Shown in pieces: positions 13,877 through 29,598 of a stretch of DNA of 64,000 nt. Location of the stretch: NCBI RefSeq assembly GCF_032854445.1, contig NC_088300.1, positions 74,512,302-74,576,301 of the forward strand. Direction: 5' to 3'. Below the pieces are notes generated by a model. That model saw only the letters and a list, made by a program, of their open reading frames with translations, was not told the origin of the DNA and made no database searches. Positions within the stretch are counted from its first letter, which is position 1; each line of letters opens with the position of its first letter. The DNA comes from Liolophura sinensis. Lineage: Eukaryota. The position numbers were made by a program, and so were the translations under genes.

Positions 13877-14470
13877 ATGGATGTAGAAAGAATGGCCGCA
13901 CTGCTCAGAGAAAATTTACTTCTTCATGACGCCGCTCTCCGCAAAATTCAATTGCTCGGTATGTTCCCTTACTAAACTTGTACTTGCGTTCCATGAGTTT
14001 GTTTTAGGAGAATGCGCATGTTGTCTTAGCATTAACTGTATCTTATACCATTCTTTTATATTTTTTCAGAACAAAGACAAGAGGCTACTGAACGACGAAT
14101 AAGAGCAGCAGCATCCAACGGGCATACACCATGCCACGAACTGCTCCTTCTGCAGAAACACATTCTTGCCGATACCAAGGCCTTGTACCAGCATTACCGA
14201 CAGGAGAAATGGGATGAAGTTCAACGCGTGGCAGCCAGAGTCTTACAAACCAGCCAGGAAGACAGCGACGATGAGGACATGGGGGAGGTATTAATAAGTG
14301 TCGATGATGATAATGATGATGATGATCAATATTTTGATGAAGGTGACCACAATTCTGTTGACGACAGCCAATCTACCACTCATCCACAGGCCTTTGACAG
14401 CACCGCCATGCATAGTTTTTCCCGTTTTACACGAGATTTTTACATATCTTCGACTCGACAAGATAACTAA
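13877..14470 (+). CDS. Array gene copy 8 (exons 13877-13958, 14070-14470), intact, E variant with T39A.
   Basis: Periodic copy with conserved signals. Confidence 0.6.
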
Positions 14471-15767
14471 ATTGTTATTTCACCAATGTCACGTTTTTCT
14501 TTCCATCATTCTTTCTCCATCGCACTGTGCTATGTATGGTTTATTGGCCAAATAAAAAACTATTTTATCACCTGAATACAGTCCATACCTTTGCCTCATG
14601 TCTGTATTATATTGAAAAGAAACATACATGCCAATTTCTCATAAAACAGTTCTACTTCTCGTATCCGAAAATATCGTTTTATATATGGATGTTTTAACAA
14701 ATTAACAACAAAACCTTACATCTTGTCACAACTCTGTCTTAAGTAGCACTGGAAAACGCCCAGAAAGACTATGTAATACAAAATCCTATCTCGAACAAGC
14801 ACAGTTTGGGCCTAAACAACTGCAAATCTTATCGCACACATGTGTTGTGCCTGTTACGCTTCATACTTATCAAATTTTCACTTTTGCAAATTTCATTTAG
14901 CCGTACTGACGAATATCTAAATCATATTGGCTGAAAAGAGTTAGCCTCTGTTTAGTTCACATTACAACAATTAACGGGTACAATTTTCAAGTACTAGTAA
15001 AACTTACATAACCGCACTTGAAATATACAAAATCTACATCACCATTTTTGCGCACAGTGAAATGTACCTGCATGCCAAACCTCCCCAGTAAAAGCCTTAA
15101 AAATCTTCTCTCTTCAACTTAGTCTGGCTGCACTACGGCGTTGTTCCATTCAACTTGCCTAAGCATATCCGATATTCTTTTCTGCGCTGTCTTTTCGTCA
15201 CAAGTCAGGCAAAGACACATTGAGAACTGGAGGTGGTACTTGTAGCATTATAAACATACTTAATTTAAGAGTCCAATTCGACCGTTTTATGTAATGTGCC
15301 AAAATACACCTTACAAAGTACATGTATTAATCTGATTTACTTCTTCATATCAAACATCAGAGACTACCATCCAGCTGCTAAATCATTCTCTGAAAATCTA
15401 GTCCAGACAAAGAGAAATTACTTACCAATTATTTTTTAGCAATGAGAAAAATTTTCTCTTCTGTGTAGGCCACCGGCCACGCAGCAGGGATCTGACTTCG
15501 GCAAATCATCATAGAAGTAATGAAGATCCATGCTCACCGCATTTATTTGAGAAGGTCTTCATCGTATGATTACCTTTCTCACAAGCACTAATCGTAACAA
15601 GTCGCTCACCTTCTAGGGCACAGGTCGCACAACATCAAACGGTTCTGTGAGAGTGAGTAGAAAATCTCTAGCACATATAAATCCTTTCTCAAACTTGCAG
15701 GTACCATATCCAATCTATCACACAGTCCAAGCATAGTCGACAATAATTTCCATTGATTCAACTCAGA

Positions 15768-16361
15768 ATGGATGTAGAAAGAATGGCCGCACTGCTCAGA
15801 GAAAATTTACTTCTTCATGACGCCGCTCTCCGCAAAATTCAATTGCTCGGTATGTTCCCTTACTAAACTTGTACTTGCGTTGCATGAGTTTGTTTTAGGA
15901 GAATGCGCATGTTGTCTTAGCATTAACTGTATCTTATACCATTCTTTTATATTTTTTCAGAACAAAGACAAGAGGCTACTGAACGACGAATAAGAGCAGC
16001 AACATCCAACGGGCATACACCATGCCACGAACTGCTCCTTCTGCAGAAACACATTCTTGCCGATACCAAAGCCTTGTACCAGCATTACCGACAGGAGAAA
16101 TGGGATGAAGTTCAACGCGTGGCAGCCAGAGTCTTACAAACCAGCCAGGAAGACAGCGACGATGAGGACATGGGGGAGGTATTAATAAGTGTCGATGATG
16201 ATAATGATGATGATGATCAATATTTTGATGACGGTGACCACAATTCTGTTGACGACAGCCAATCTACCACTCATCCACAGGCCTTTGACAGCACCGCCAT
16301 GCATAGTTTTTCCCGTTTTACACGAGATTTTTACATATCTTCAACTCGACAAGATAACTAA
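15768..16361 (+). CDS. Array gene copy 9 (exons 15768-15849, 15961-16361), intact, D variant.
   Basis: Periodic copy with conserved signals. Confidence 0.6.
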
Positions 16362-17658
16362 ATTGTTATTTCACCAATGTCACGTTTTTCTTTCCATCAT
16401 TCTTTCTCCATCGCACTGTGCTATGTATGGTTTATTGGCCAAATAAAAAACTATTTTATCACCTGAATACAGTCCATACCTTTGCCTCATGTCTGTATTA
16501 TATTGAAAAGAAACATACATGCCAATTTCTCACAAAACTGTTCTGCTTCTCGTATCCGAAAATATCGTTTTATATATGGATGTTTTAACAAATTAACAAC
16601 AAAACCTTACATCTTGTCACAACTCTGTCTTAAGTAGCACTGGAAAACGCCCAGAAAGACTATGTAATACAAAATCCTATCTCGAACAAGCACAGTTTGG
16701 GCCTAAACAACTGCAAATCTTATCGCACACATGTGTTGTGCCTGTTACGCTTCATACTTATCAAATTTTCACTTTTGCAAATTTCATTTAGCCGTACTGA
16801 CGAATATCTAAATCATATTGGCTGAAAAGAGTTAGCCTCTGTTTAGTTCACATTACAACAATTAACGGGTACAATTTTCAAGTACTAGTAAAACTTACAT
16901 AACCGCACTTGAAATATACAAAATCTGCATCACCATTTTTGCGCACAGTGAAATGTACCTGCATGCCAAACCTCCCCAGTAAAAGCCTTAAAAATCTTCT
17001 CTCTTCAACTTAGTCTGGCTGCACTACGGCGTTGTTCCATTCAACTTGCCTAAGCATATCCGATATTCTTTTCTGCGCTGTCTTTTTGTCACAAGTCAGG
17101 AAAAGACACATTGAGAACTGGAGGTGGTACTTGTAGCATTATAAACATACTTCATTTAAGAGTCCAATTCGACCGTTTTATGTAATGTGCCAAAATACAC
17201 CTTACAAAGTACATGTATCAATTTGATTTACTTCTTCATATCAAACATCAAAGACTACCATCCAGCTGCTAAATCATTCTCTGAAAATCTAGTCCAGACA
17301 AAGAGAAATTACTTACCAATTATTTTTTAGCAGTGAGAAAAATTTTCTCTTCTGTGTAGGCCACCGGCCACGCAGCAGGGATCTGACTTCGGCAAATCAT
17401 CATAGAAGTAATGAACATCCATGCTCACCGCATTTATTTGAGAAGGTCTTCATCGTATGATTACCTTTCTCACAAGCACTAATCGTAACAAGTCGCTCAC
17501 CTTCTAGGGCACAGGTCGCACAACATCAAACGGTTCTGTGAGAGTGAGTAGAAAATCTCTAGCATATATAAATCCTTTTTCAAACTTGCAGGTACCATAT
17601 CCAATCTATCACACAGTCCAAGCATAGTCGACAATAATTTCCATTGATTCAACTCAGA

Positions 17659-18252
17659 ATGGATGTAGAAAGAATGGCCGCACTGCTCAGAGAAAATTTA
17701 CTTCTTCATGACGCCGCTCTCCGCAAAATTCAATTGCTCGGTATGTTCCCTTACTAAACTTGTACTTGCGTTGCATGAGTTTGTTTTAGGAGAATACGCA
17801 TGTTGTCTTAGCATTGACTGTATCTTATACCATTCTTTTATATTTTTTCAGAACAAAGACAAGAGGCTACTGAACGACGAATAAGAGCAGCAGCATCCAA
17901 CGGGCATACACCATGCCACGAACTGCTCCTTCTGCAGAAACACATTCTTGCCGATACCAAGGCCTTGTACCAGCATTACTGACAGGAGAAATGGGATGAA
18001 GTTCAACGCGTGGCAGCCAGAGTCTTACAAACCAGCCAGGAAGACAGCGACGATGAGGACATGGGGGAGGTATTAATAAGTGTCGATGATGATAATGATG
18101 ATGATGATCAATATTTTGATGAAGGTGACCACAATTCTGTTGACGACAGCCAATCTACCACTCATCCACAGGCCTTTGACAGCACCGCCATGCATAGTTT
18201 TTCCCGTTTTACACGAGATTTTTACATATCTTCAACTCGACAAGATAACTAA
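17659..18252 (+). pseudogene. Array gene copy 10. A nonsense mutation (R71 CGA to TGA at 17980-17982) truncates the protein to 70 aa.
   Basis: The sequence reads cag cat tac TGA cag gag. The ORF track shows only the 80-aa downstream fragment starting at 18010. Confidence 0.65.
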
Positions 18253-19549
18253 ATTGTTATTTCACCAATGTCACGTTTTTCTTTCCATCATTCTTTCTCC
18301 ATCGCACTGTGCTATGTATGGTTTATTGGCCAAATAAAAAACTATTTTATCACCTGAATACAGTCCATACCTTTGCCTCATGTCTGTATTATATTGAAAA
18401 GAAACATACATGCCAATTTCTCACAAAACTGTTCTGCTTCTCGTATCCGAAAATATCGTTTTATATATGGATGTTTTAACAAATTAACAACAAAACCTTA
18501 CATCTTGTCACAACTCTGTCTTAAGTAGCACTGGAAAACGCCCAGAAAGACTATGTAATACAAAATCCTATCTCGAACAAGCACAGTTTGGGCCTAAACA
18601 ACTGCAAATCTTATCGCACACATGTGTTGTGCCTGTTACGCTTCATACTTATCAAATTTTCACTTTTGCAAATTTCATTTAGCCGTACTGACGAATATCT
18701 AAATCATATTGGCTGAAAAGAGTTAGCCTCTGTTTAGTTCACATTACAACAATTAACGGGTACAATTTTCAAGTACTAGTAAAACTTACATAACCGCACT
18801 TGAAATATACAAAATCTGCATCACCATTTTTGCGCACAGTGAAATGTACCTGCATGCCAAACCTCCCCAGTAAAAGCCTTAAAAATCTTCTCTCTTCAAC
18901 TTAGTCTGGCTGCACTACGGCGTTGTTCCATTCAACTTGCCTAAGCATATCCGATATTCTTTTCTGCGCTGTCTTTTTGTCACAAGTCAGGCAAAGACAC
19001 ATTGAGAACTGGAGGTGGTACTTGTAGCATTATAAATATACTTAATTTAAGAGTCCAATTCGACCGTTTTATGTAATGTGCCAAAATACACCTTACAAAG
19101 TACATGTATTAATCTGATTTACTTCTTCATATCAAACATCAGAGACTACCATCCAGCTGCTAAATCATTCTCTGAAAATCTAGTCCAGACAAAGAGAAAT
19201 TACTTACCAATTATTTTTTAGCAATGAGAAAAATTTTCTCTTCTGTGTAGGCCACCGGCCACGCAGCAGGGATCTGACTTCGGCAAATCATCATAGAAGT
19301 AATGAAGATCCATGCTCACCGCATTTATTTGAGAAGGTCTTCATCGTATGATTACCTTTCTCACAAGCACTAATCGTAACAAGTCGCTCACCTTCTAGGG
19401 CACAGGTCGCACAACATCAAACGGTTCTGTGAGAGTGAGTAGAAAATCTCTAGCACATATAAATCCTTTCTCAAACTTGCAGGTACCATATCCAATCTAT
19501 CACACAGTCCAAGCATAGTCGACAATAATTTCCATTGATTCAACTCAGA

Positions 19550-20143
19550 ATGGATGTAGAAAGAATGGCCGCACTGCTCAGAGAAAATTTACTTCTTCAT
19601 GACGCCGCTCTCCGCAAAATTCAATTGCTCGGTATGTTCCCTTACTAAACTTGTACTTGCGTTGCATGAGTTTGTTTTAGGAGAATGCGCATGTTGTCTT
19701 AGCATTAACTGTATCTTATACCATTCTTTTATATTTTTTCAGAACAAAGACAAGAGGCTACTGAACGACGAATAAGAGCAGCAACATCCAACGGGCATAC
19801 ACCATGCCACGAACTGCTCCTTCTGCAGAAACACATTCTTGCCGATACCAAAGCCTTGTACCAGCATTACCGACAGGAGAAATGGGATGAAGTTCAACGC
19901 GTGGCAGCCAGAGTCTTACAAACCAGCCAGGAAGACAGCGACGATGAGGACATGGGGGAGGTATTAATAAGTGTCGATGATGATAATGATGATGATGATC
20001 AATATTTTGATGACGGTGACCACAATTCTGTTGACGACAGCCAATCTACCACTCATCCACAGGCCTTTGACAGCACCGCCATGCATAGTTTTTCCCGTTT
20101 TACACGAGATTTTTACATATCTTCAACTCGACAAGATAACTAA
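19550..20143 (+). CDS. Array gene copy 11 (exons 19550-19631, 19743-20143), intact, D variant.
   Basis: Periodic copy with conserved signals. Confidence 0.6.
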
Positions 20144-21440
20144 ATTGTTATTTCACCAATGTCACGTTTTTCTTTCCATCATTCTTTCTCCATCGCACTG
20201 TGCTATGTATGGTTTATTGGCCAAATAAAAAACTATTTTATCACCTGAATACAGTCCATACCTTTGCCTCATGTCTGTATTATATTGAAAAGAAACATAC
20301 ATGCCAATTTCTCACAAAACAGTTCTACTTCTCGTATCCGAAAATATCGTTTTATATATGGATGTTTTAACAAATTAACAACAAAACCTTACATCTTGTC
20401 ACAACTCTGTCTTAAGTAGCACTGGAAAACGCCCAGAAAGACTATGTAATACAAAATCCTATCTCGAACAAGCACAGTTTGGGCCTAAACAACTGCAAAT
20501 CTTATCGCACACATGTGTTGTGCCTGTTACGCTTCATACTTATCAAATTTTCACTTTTGCAAATTTCATTTAGCCGTACTGACGAATATCTAAATCATAT
20601 TGGCTGAAAAGAGTTAGCCTCTGTTTAGTTCACATTACAACAATTAACGGGTACAATTTTCAAGTACTAGTAAAACTTACATAACCGCACTTGAAATATA
20701 CAAAATATGCATCACCTTTATTGCGCACAGTGAAATGTACCTGCATGCCAAACCTCCCCAGTAAAAGCCTTAAAAATCTTCTCTCTTCAACTTAGTCTGG
20801 CTGCACTACGGCGTTGTTCCATTCAACTTGCCTAAGCATATCCGATATTCTTTTCTGCGCTGTCTTTTTGTCACAAGTCAGGCAAAGACACATTGAGAAC
20901 TGGAGGTGGTACTTGTAGCATTATAAACATACTTAATTTAAGAGTCCAATTCGACCGTTTTATGTAATGTGCCAAAATACACCTTACAAAGTACATGTAT
21001 CAATTTGATTTACTTCTTCATATCAAACATCAAAGACAACCATCCAACTGCTAAATCATTCTCTGAAAATCTAGTCCAGACAAAGAGAAATTACTTACCA
21101 ATTATTTTTTAGCAATGAGAAAAATTTTCTCTTCTGTGTAGGCCACCGGCCACGCAGCAGGGATCTGACTTCGGCAAATCATCATAGAAGTAATGAACAT
21201 CCATGCTCACCGCATTTATTTGAGAAGGTCTTCATCGTATGATTACCTTTCTCACAAGCACTAATCGTAACAAGTCGCTCACCTTCTAGGGCACAGGTCG
21301 CACAACATCAAACGGTTCTGTGAGAGTGAGTAGAAAATCTCTAGCATATATAAATCCTTTTTCAAACTTGCAGGTACCATATCCAATCTATCACACAGTC
21401 CAAGCATAGTCGACAATAATTTCCATTGATTCAACTCAGA

Positions 21441-22034
21441 ATGGATGTAGAAAGAATGGCCGCACTGCTCAGAGAAAATTTACTTCTTCATGACGCCGCT
21501 CTCCGCAAAATTCAATTGCTCGGTATGTTCCCTTACTAAACTTGTACTTGCGTTCCATGAGTTTGTTTTAGGAGAATGCGCATGTTGTCTTAGCATTAAC
21601 TGTATCTTATACCATTCTTTTATATTTTTTCAGAACAAAGACAAGAGGCTACTGAACGACGAATAAGAGCAGCAACATCCAACGGGCATACACCATGCCA
21701 CGAACTGCTCCTTCTGCAGAAACACATTCTTGCCGATACCAAAGCCTTGTACCAGCATTACCGACAGGAGAAATGGGATGAAGTTCAACGCGTGGCAGCC
21801 AGAGTCTTACAAACCAGCCAGGAAGACAGCGACGATGAGGACATGGGGGAGGTATTAATAAGTGTCGATGATGATAATGATGATGATGATCAATATTTTG
21901 ATGACGGTGACCACAATTCTGTTGACGACAGCCAATCTACCACTCATCCACAGGCCTTTGACAGCACCGCCATGCATAGTTTTTCCCGTTTTACACGAGA
22001 TTTTTACATATCTTCAACTCGACAAGATAACTAA
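21441..22034 (+). CDS. Array gene copy 12 (exons 21441-21522, 21634-22034), intact, D variant.
   Basis: Periodic copy with conserved signals. Confidence 0.6.
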
Positions 22035-23331
22035 ATTGTTATTTCACCAATGTCACGTTTTTCTTTCCATCATTCTTTCTCCATCGCACTGTGCTATGTA
22101 TGGTTTATTGGCCAAATAAAAAACTATTTTATCACCTGAATACAGTCCATACCTTTGCCTCATGTCTGTATTATAATGAAAAGAAACATACATGCCAATT
22201 TCTCACAAAACAGTTCTCCTTCTCGTATCCGAAAATATCGTTTTATATATGGATGTTTTAACAAATTAATAACAAAACCTTACATCTTGTCACAACTCTG
22301 TCTTAAGTAGCACTCAAAAAAGCCCAGAAAGACTATGTAATACAAAATCCTATCTCGAACAAGCACAGTTTGGGCCTAAACAACTGCAAATCTTATCGCA
22401 CACATGTGTTGTGCCTGTTACGCTTCATACTTATCAAATTTTCACTTTTGCAAATTTCATTTAGCCGTACTGACGAATATCTAAATCATATTGGCTGAAA
22501 AGAGTTAGCCTCTGTTTAGTTCACATTACAACAATTAACGGGTACAATTTTCAAGTACTAGTAAAACTTACATAACCGCACTTGAAATATACAAAATCTA
22601 CATCACCATTTTTGCGCACAGTGAAATGTACCTGCATGCCAAACCTCCCCAGTAAAAGCCTTAAAAATCTTCTCTCTTCAACTTAGTCTGGCTGCACTAC
22701 GGCGTTGTTCCATTCAACTTGCCTAAGCATATCCGATATTCTTTTCTGCGCTGTCTTTTCGTCACAAGTCAGGCAAAGACACATTGAGAACTGGAGGTGG
22801 TACTTGTAGCATTATAAACATACTTAATTTAAGAGTCCAATTCGACCGTTTTATGTAATGTGCCAAAATACACCTTACAAAGTACATGTATTAATCTGAT
22901 TTACTTCTTCATATCAAACATCAGAGACTACCATCCAGCTGCTAAATCATTCTCTGAAAATCTAGTCCAGACAAAGAGAAATTACTTACCAATTATTTTT
23001 TAGCAATGAGAAAAATTTTCTCTTCTGTGTAGGCCACCGGCCACGCAGCAGGGATCTGACTTCGGCAAATCATCATAGAAGTAATGAAGATCCATGCTCA
23101 CCGCATTTATTTGAGAAGGTCTTCATCGTATGATTACCTTTCTCACAAGCACTAATCGTAACAAGTCGCTCACCTTCTAGGGCACAGGTCGCACAACATC
23201 AAACGGTTCTGTGAGAGTGAGTAGAAAATCTCTAGCATATATAAATCCTTTCTCAAACTTGCAGGTACCATATCCAATCTATCACACAGTCCAAGCATAG
23301 TCGACAATAATTTCCATTGATTCAACTCAGA

Positions 23332-23925
23332 ATGGATGTAGAAAGAATGGCCGCACTGCTCAGAGAAAATTTACTTCTTCATGACGCCGCTCTCCGCAAA
23401 ATTCAATTGCTCGGTATGTTCCCTTACTAAACTTGTACTTGCGTTCCATGAGTTTGTTTTAGGAGAATGCGCATGTTGTCTTAGCATTAACTCTATCTTA
23501 TACCATTCTTATATATTTTTTCAGAACAAAGACAAGAGGCTACTGAACGACGAATAAGAGCAGCAACATCCAACGGGCATACACCATGCCACGAACTGCT
23601 CCTTCTGCAGAAACACATTCTTGCCGATACCAAAGCCTTGTACCAGCATTACCGACAGGAGAAATGGGATGAAGTTCAACGCGTGGCAGCCAGAGTCTTA
23701 CAAACCAGCCAGGAAGACAGCGACGATGAGGACATGGGGGAGGTATTAATAAGTGTCGATGATGATAATGATGATGATGATCGATATTTTGATGACGGTG
23801 ACCACAATTCTGTTGACGACAGCCAATCTACCACTCATCCACAGGCCTTTGACAGCACCGCCATGCATAGTTTTTCCCGTTTTACACGAGATTTTTACAT
23901 ATCTTCAACTCGACAAGATAACTAA
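23332..23925 (+). CDS. Array gene copy 13, intact, D variant with Q to R in the acidic tail (DDDDRYFDD).
   Basis: Periodic copy. CAA to CGA at about 23782. Confidence 0.6.
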
Positions 23926-25222
23926 ATTGTTATTTCACCAATGTCACGTTTTTCTTTCCATCATTCTTTCTCCATCGCACTGTGCTATGTATGGTTTATT
24001 GGCCAAATAAAAAACTATTTTATCACCTGAATACAGTCCATACCTTTGCCTCATGTCTGTATTATATTGAAAAGAAACATACATGCCAATTTCTCACAAA
24101 ACAGTTCTGCTTCTCGTATCCGAAAATATCGTTTTATATATGGATGTTTTAACAAATTAATAACAAAACCTTACATCTTGTCACAACTCTGTCTTAAGTA
24201 GCACTCAAAAAAGCCCAGAAAGACTATGTAATACAAAATCCTATCTCGAACAAGCACAGTTTGGGCCTAAACAACTGCAAATCTTATCGCACACATGTGT
24301 TGTGCCTGTTACGCTTCATACTTATCAAATTTTCACTTTTGCAAATTTCATTTAGCCGTACTGACGAATATCTAAATCATATTGGCTGAAAAGAGTTAGC
24401 CTCTGTTTAGTTCACATTACAACAATTAACGGGTACAATTTTCAAGTACTAGTAAAACTTACATAACCGCACTTGAAATATACAAACTCTGCATCACCAT
24501 TATTGCGCACAGTGAAATGTACCTGCATGCCAAACCTCCCCAGTAAAAGCCTTAAAAATCTTCTCTCTTCAACTTAGTCTGGCTGCACTACGGCGTTGTT
24601 CCATTCAACTTGCCTAAGCATATCCGATATTCTTTTCTGCGCTGTCTTTTTGTCACAAGTCAGGAAAAGACACATTGAGAACTGGAGGTGGTACTTGTAG
24701 CATTATAAACATACTTAATTTAAGAGTCCAATTCGACCGTTTTATGTAATGTGCCAAAATACACCTTACAAAGTACATGTATCAATTTGATTTACTTCTT
24801 CATATCAAACATCAAAGACTACCATCCAGCTGCTAAATCATTCTCTGAAAATCTAGTCCAGACAAAGAGAAATTACTTACCAATTATTTTTTAGCAGTGA
24901 GAAAAATTTTCTCTTCTGTGTAGGCCACCGGCCACGCAGCAGGGATCTGACTTCGGCAAATCATCATAGAAGTAATGAAGATCCATGCTCACCGCATTTA
25001 TTTGAGAAGGTCTTCATCGTATGATTACCTTTCTCACAAGCACTAATCGTAACAAGTCGCTCACCTTCTAGGGCACAGGTCGCACAACATCAAACGGTTC
25101 TGTGAGAGTGAGTAGAAAATCTCTAGCATATATAAATCCTTTTTCAAACTTGCAGGTACCATATCCAATCTATCACACAGTCCAAGCATAGTCGACAATA
25201 ATTTCCATTGATTCAACTCAGA

Positions 25223-25816
25223 ATGGATGTAGAAAGAATGGCCGCACTGCTCAGAGAAAATTTACTTCTTCATGACGCCGCTCTCCGCAAAATTCAATTG
25301 CTCGGTATGTTCCCTTACTAAACTTGTACTTGCGTTCCATGAGTTTGTTTTAGGAGAATGCGCATGTTGTCTTAGCATTAACTGTATCTTATACCATTCT
25401 TTTATATTTTTTCAGAACAAAGACAAGAGGCTACTGAACGACGAATAAGAGCAGCAGCATCCAACGGGCATACACCATGCCACGAACTGCTCCTTCTGCA
25501 GAAACACATTCTTGCCGATACCAAGGCCTTGTACCAGCATTACCGACAGGAGAAATGGGATGAAGTTCAACGCGTGGCAGCCAGAGTCTTACAAACCAGC
25601 CAGGAAGACAGCGACGATGAGGACATGGGGGAGGTATTAATAAGTGTCGATGATGATAATGATGATGATGATCAATATTTTGATGAAGGTGACCACAATT
25701 CTGTTGACGACAGCCAATCTACCACTCATCCACAGGCCTTTGACAGCACCGCCATGCATAGTTTTTCCCGTTTTACACGAGATTTTTACATATCTTCGAC
25801 TCGACAAGATAACTAA
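25223..25816 (+). CDS. Array gene copy 14, intact, E variant with T39A.
   Basis: Periodic copy with conserved signals. Confidence 0.6.
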
Positions 25817-27113
25817 ATTGTTATTTCACCAATGTCACGTTTTTCTTTCCATCATTCTTTCTCCATCGCACTGTGCTATGTATGGTTTATTGGCCAAATA
25901 AAAAACTATTTTATCACCTGAATACAGTCCATACCTTTGCCTCATGTCTGTATTATATTGAAAAGAAACATACATGCCAATTTCTCACAAAACTGTTCTG
26001 CTTCTCGTATCCGAAAATATCGTTTTATATATGGATGTTTTAACAAATTAACAACAAAACCTTACATCTTGTCACAACTCTGTCTTAAGTAGCACTGGAA
26101 AACGCCCAGAAAGACTATGTAATACAAAATCCTATCTCGAACAAGCACAGTTTGGGCCTAAACAACTGCAAATCTTATCGCACACATGTGTTGTGCCTGT
26201 TACGCTTCATACTTATCAAATTTTCACTTTTGCAAATTTCATTTAGCCGTACTGACGAATATCTAAATCATATTGGCTGAAAAGAGTTAGCCTCTGTTTA
26301 GTTCACATTACAACAATTAACGGGTACAATTTTCAAGTACTAGTAAAACTTACATAACCGCACTTGAAATATACAAAATCTGCATCACCATTTTTGCGCA
26401 CAGTGAAATGTACCTGCATGCCAAACCTCCCCAGTAAAAGCCTTAAAAATCTTCTCTCTTCAACTTAGTCTGGCTGCACTACGGCGTTGTTCCATTCAAC
26501 TTGCCTAAGCATATCCGATATTCTTTTCTGCGCTGTCTTTTTGTCACAAGTCAGGAAAAGACACATTGAGAACTGGAGGTGGTACTTGTAGCATTATAAA
26601 CATACTTCATTTAAGAGTCCAATTCGACCGTTTTATGTAATGTGCCAAAATACACCTTACAAAGTACATGTATCAATTTGATTTACTTCTTCATATCAAA
26701 CATCAAAGACTACCATCCAGCTGCTAAATCATTCTCTGAAAATCTAGTCCAGACAAAGAGAAATTACTTACCAATTATTTTTTAGCAGTGAGAAAAATTT
26801 TCTCTTCTGTGTAGGCCACCGGCCACGCAGCAGGGATCTGACTTCGGCAAATCATCATAGAAGTAATGAACATCCATGCTCACCGCATTTATTTGAGAAG
26901 GTCTTCATCGTATGATTACCTTTCTCACAAGCACTAATCGTAACAAGTCGCTCACCTTCTAGGGCACAGGTCGCACAACATCAAACGGTTCTGTGAGAGT
27001 GAGTAGAAAATCTCTAGCATATATAAATCCTTTTTCAAACTTGCAGGTACCATATCCAATCTATCACACAGTCCAAGCATAGTCGACAATAATTTCCATT
27101 GATTCAACTCAGA

Positions 27114-27707
27114 ATGGATGTAGAAAGAATGGCCGCACTGCTCAGAGAAAATTTACTTCTTCATGACGCCGCTCTCCGCAAAATTCAATTGCTCGGTATG
27201 TTCCCTTACTAAACTTGTACTTGCGTTGCATGAGTTTGTTTTAGGAGAATACGCATGTTGTCTTAGCATTGACTGTATCTTATACCATTCTTTTATATTT
27301 TTTCAGAACAAAGACAAGAGGCTACTGAACGACGAATAAGAGCAGCAGCATCCAACGGGCATACACCATGCCACGAACTGCTCCTTCTGCAGAAACACAT
27401 TCTTGCCGATACCAAGGCCTTGTACCAGCATTACTGACAGGAGAAATGGGATGAAGTTCAACGCGTGGCAGCCAGAGTCTTACAAACCAGCCAGGAAGAC
27501 AGCGACGATGAGGACATGGGGGAGGTATTAATAAGTGTCGATGATGATAATGATGATGATGATCAATATTTTGATGAAGGTGACCACAATTCTGTTGACG
27601 ACAGCCAATCTACCACTCATCCACAGGCCTTTGACAGCACCGCCATGCATAGTTTTTCCCGTTTTACACGAGATTTTTACATATCTTCAACTCGACAAGA
27701 TAACTAA
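27114..27707 (+). pseudogene. Array gene copy 15. It carries the same R71 nonsense (TGA at 27435-27437) as copies 10 and 18.
   Basis: The sequence reads cattacTGAcagg. The ORF track shows the 80-aa fragment from 27465. Its diagnostic intron and spacer variants (gagaatacgcatg, cattgactg, gaacatccatg) match copy 10. Confidence 0.65.
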
Positions 27708-29004
27708 ATTGTTATTTCACCAATGTCACGTTTTTCTTTCCATCATTCTTTCTCCATCGCACTGTGCTATGTATGGTTTATTGGCCAAATAAAAAACTAT
27801 TTTATCACCTGAATACAGTCCATACCTTTGCCTCATGTCTGTATTATATTGAAAAGAAACATACATGCCAATTTCTCACAAAACTGTTCTGCTTCTCGTA
27901 TCCGAAAATATCGTTTTATATATGGATGTTTTAACAAATTAACAACAAAACCTTACATCTTGTCACAACTCTGTCTTAAGTAGCACTGGAAAACGCCCAG
28001 AAAGACTATGTAATACAAAATCCTATCTCGAACAAGCACAGTTTGGGCCTAAACAACTGCAAATCTTATCGCACACATGTGTTGTGCCTGTTACGCTTCA
28101 TACTTATCAAATTTTCACTTTTGCAAATTTCATTTAGCCGTACTGACGAATATCTAAATCATATTGGCTGAAAAGAGTTAGCCTCTGTTTAGTTCACATT
28201 ACAACAATTAACGGGTACAATTTTCAAGTACTAGTAAAACTTACATAACCGCACTTGAAATATACAAAATCTGCATCACCATTTTTGCGCACAGTGAAAT
28301 GTACCTGCATGCCAAACCTCCCCAGTAAAAGCCTTAAAAATCTTCTCTCTTCAACTTAGTCTGGCTGCACTACGGCGTTGTTCCATTCAACTTGCCTAAG
28401 CATATCCGATATTCTTTTCTGCGCTGTCTTTTTGTCACAAGTCAGGCAAAGACACATTGAGAACTGGAGGTGGTACTTGTAGCATTATAAACATACTTAA
28501 TTTAAGAGTCCAATTCGACCGTTTTATGTAATGTGCCAAAATACACCTTACAAAGTACATGTATTAATCTGATTTACTTCTTCATATCAAACATCAGAGA
28601 CTACCATCCAGCTGCTAAATCATTCTCTGAAAATCTAGTCCAGACAAAGAGAAATTACTTACCAATTATTTTTTAGCAATGAGAAAAATTTTCTCTTCTG
28701 TGTAGGCCACCGGCCACGCAGCAGGGATCTGACTTCGGCAAATCATCATAGAAGTAATGAAGATCCATGCTCACCGCATTTATTTGAGAAGGTCTTCATC
28801 GTATGATTACCTTTCTCACAAGCACTAATCGTAACAAGTCGCTCACCTTCTAGGGCACAGGTCGCACAACATCAAACGGTTCTGTGAGAGTGAGTAGAAA
28901 ATCTCTAGCACATATAAATCCTTTCTCAAACTTGCAGGTACCATATCCAATCTATCACACAGTCCAAGCATAGTCGACAATAATTTCCATTGATTCAACT
29001 CAGA

Positions 29005-29598
29005 ATGGATGTAGAAAGAATGGCCGCACTGCTCAGAGAAAATTTACTTCTTCATGACGCCGCTCTCCGCAAAATTCAATTGCTCGGTATGTTCCCTTAC
29101 TAAACTTGTACTTGCGTTGCATGAGTTTGTTTTAGGAGAATGCGCATGTTGTCTTAGCATTAACTGTATCTTATACCATTCTTTTATATTTTTTCAGAAC
29201 AAAGACAAGAGGCTACTGAACGACGAATAAGAGCAGCAACATCCAACGGGCATACACCATGCCACGAACTGCTCCTTCTGCAGAAACACATTCTTGCCGA
29301 TACCAAAGCCTTGTACCAGCATTACCGACAGGAGAAATGGGATGAAGTTCAACGCGTGGCAGCCAGAGTCTTACAAACCAGCCAGGAAGACAGCGACGAT
29401 GAGGACATGGGGGAGGTATTAATAAGTGTCGATGATGATAATGATGATGATGATCAATATTTTGATGACGGTGACCACAATTCTGTTGACGACAGCCAAT
29501 CTACCACTCATCCACAGGCCTTTGACAGCACCGCCATGCATAGTTTTTCCCGTTTTACACGAGATTTTTACATATCTTCAACTCGACAAGATAACTAA
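29005..29598 (+). CDS. Array gene copy 16, intact, D variant.
   Basis: Periodic copy with conserved signals. Confidence 0.6.
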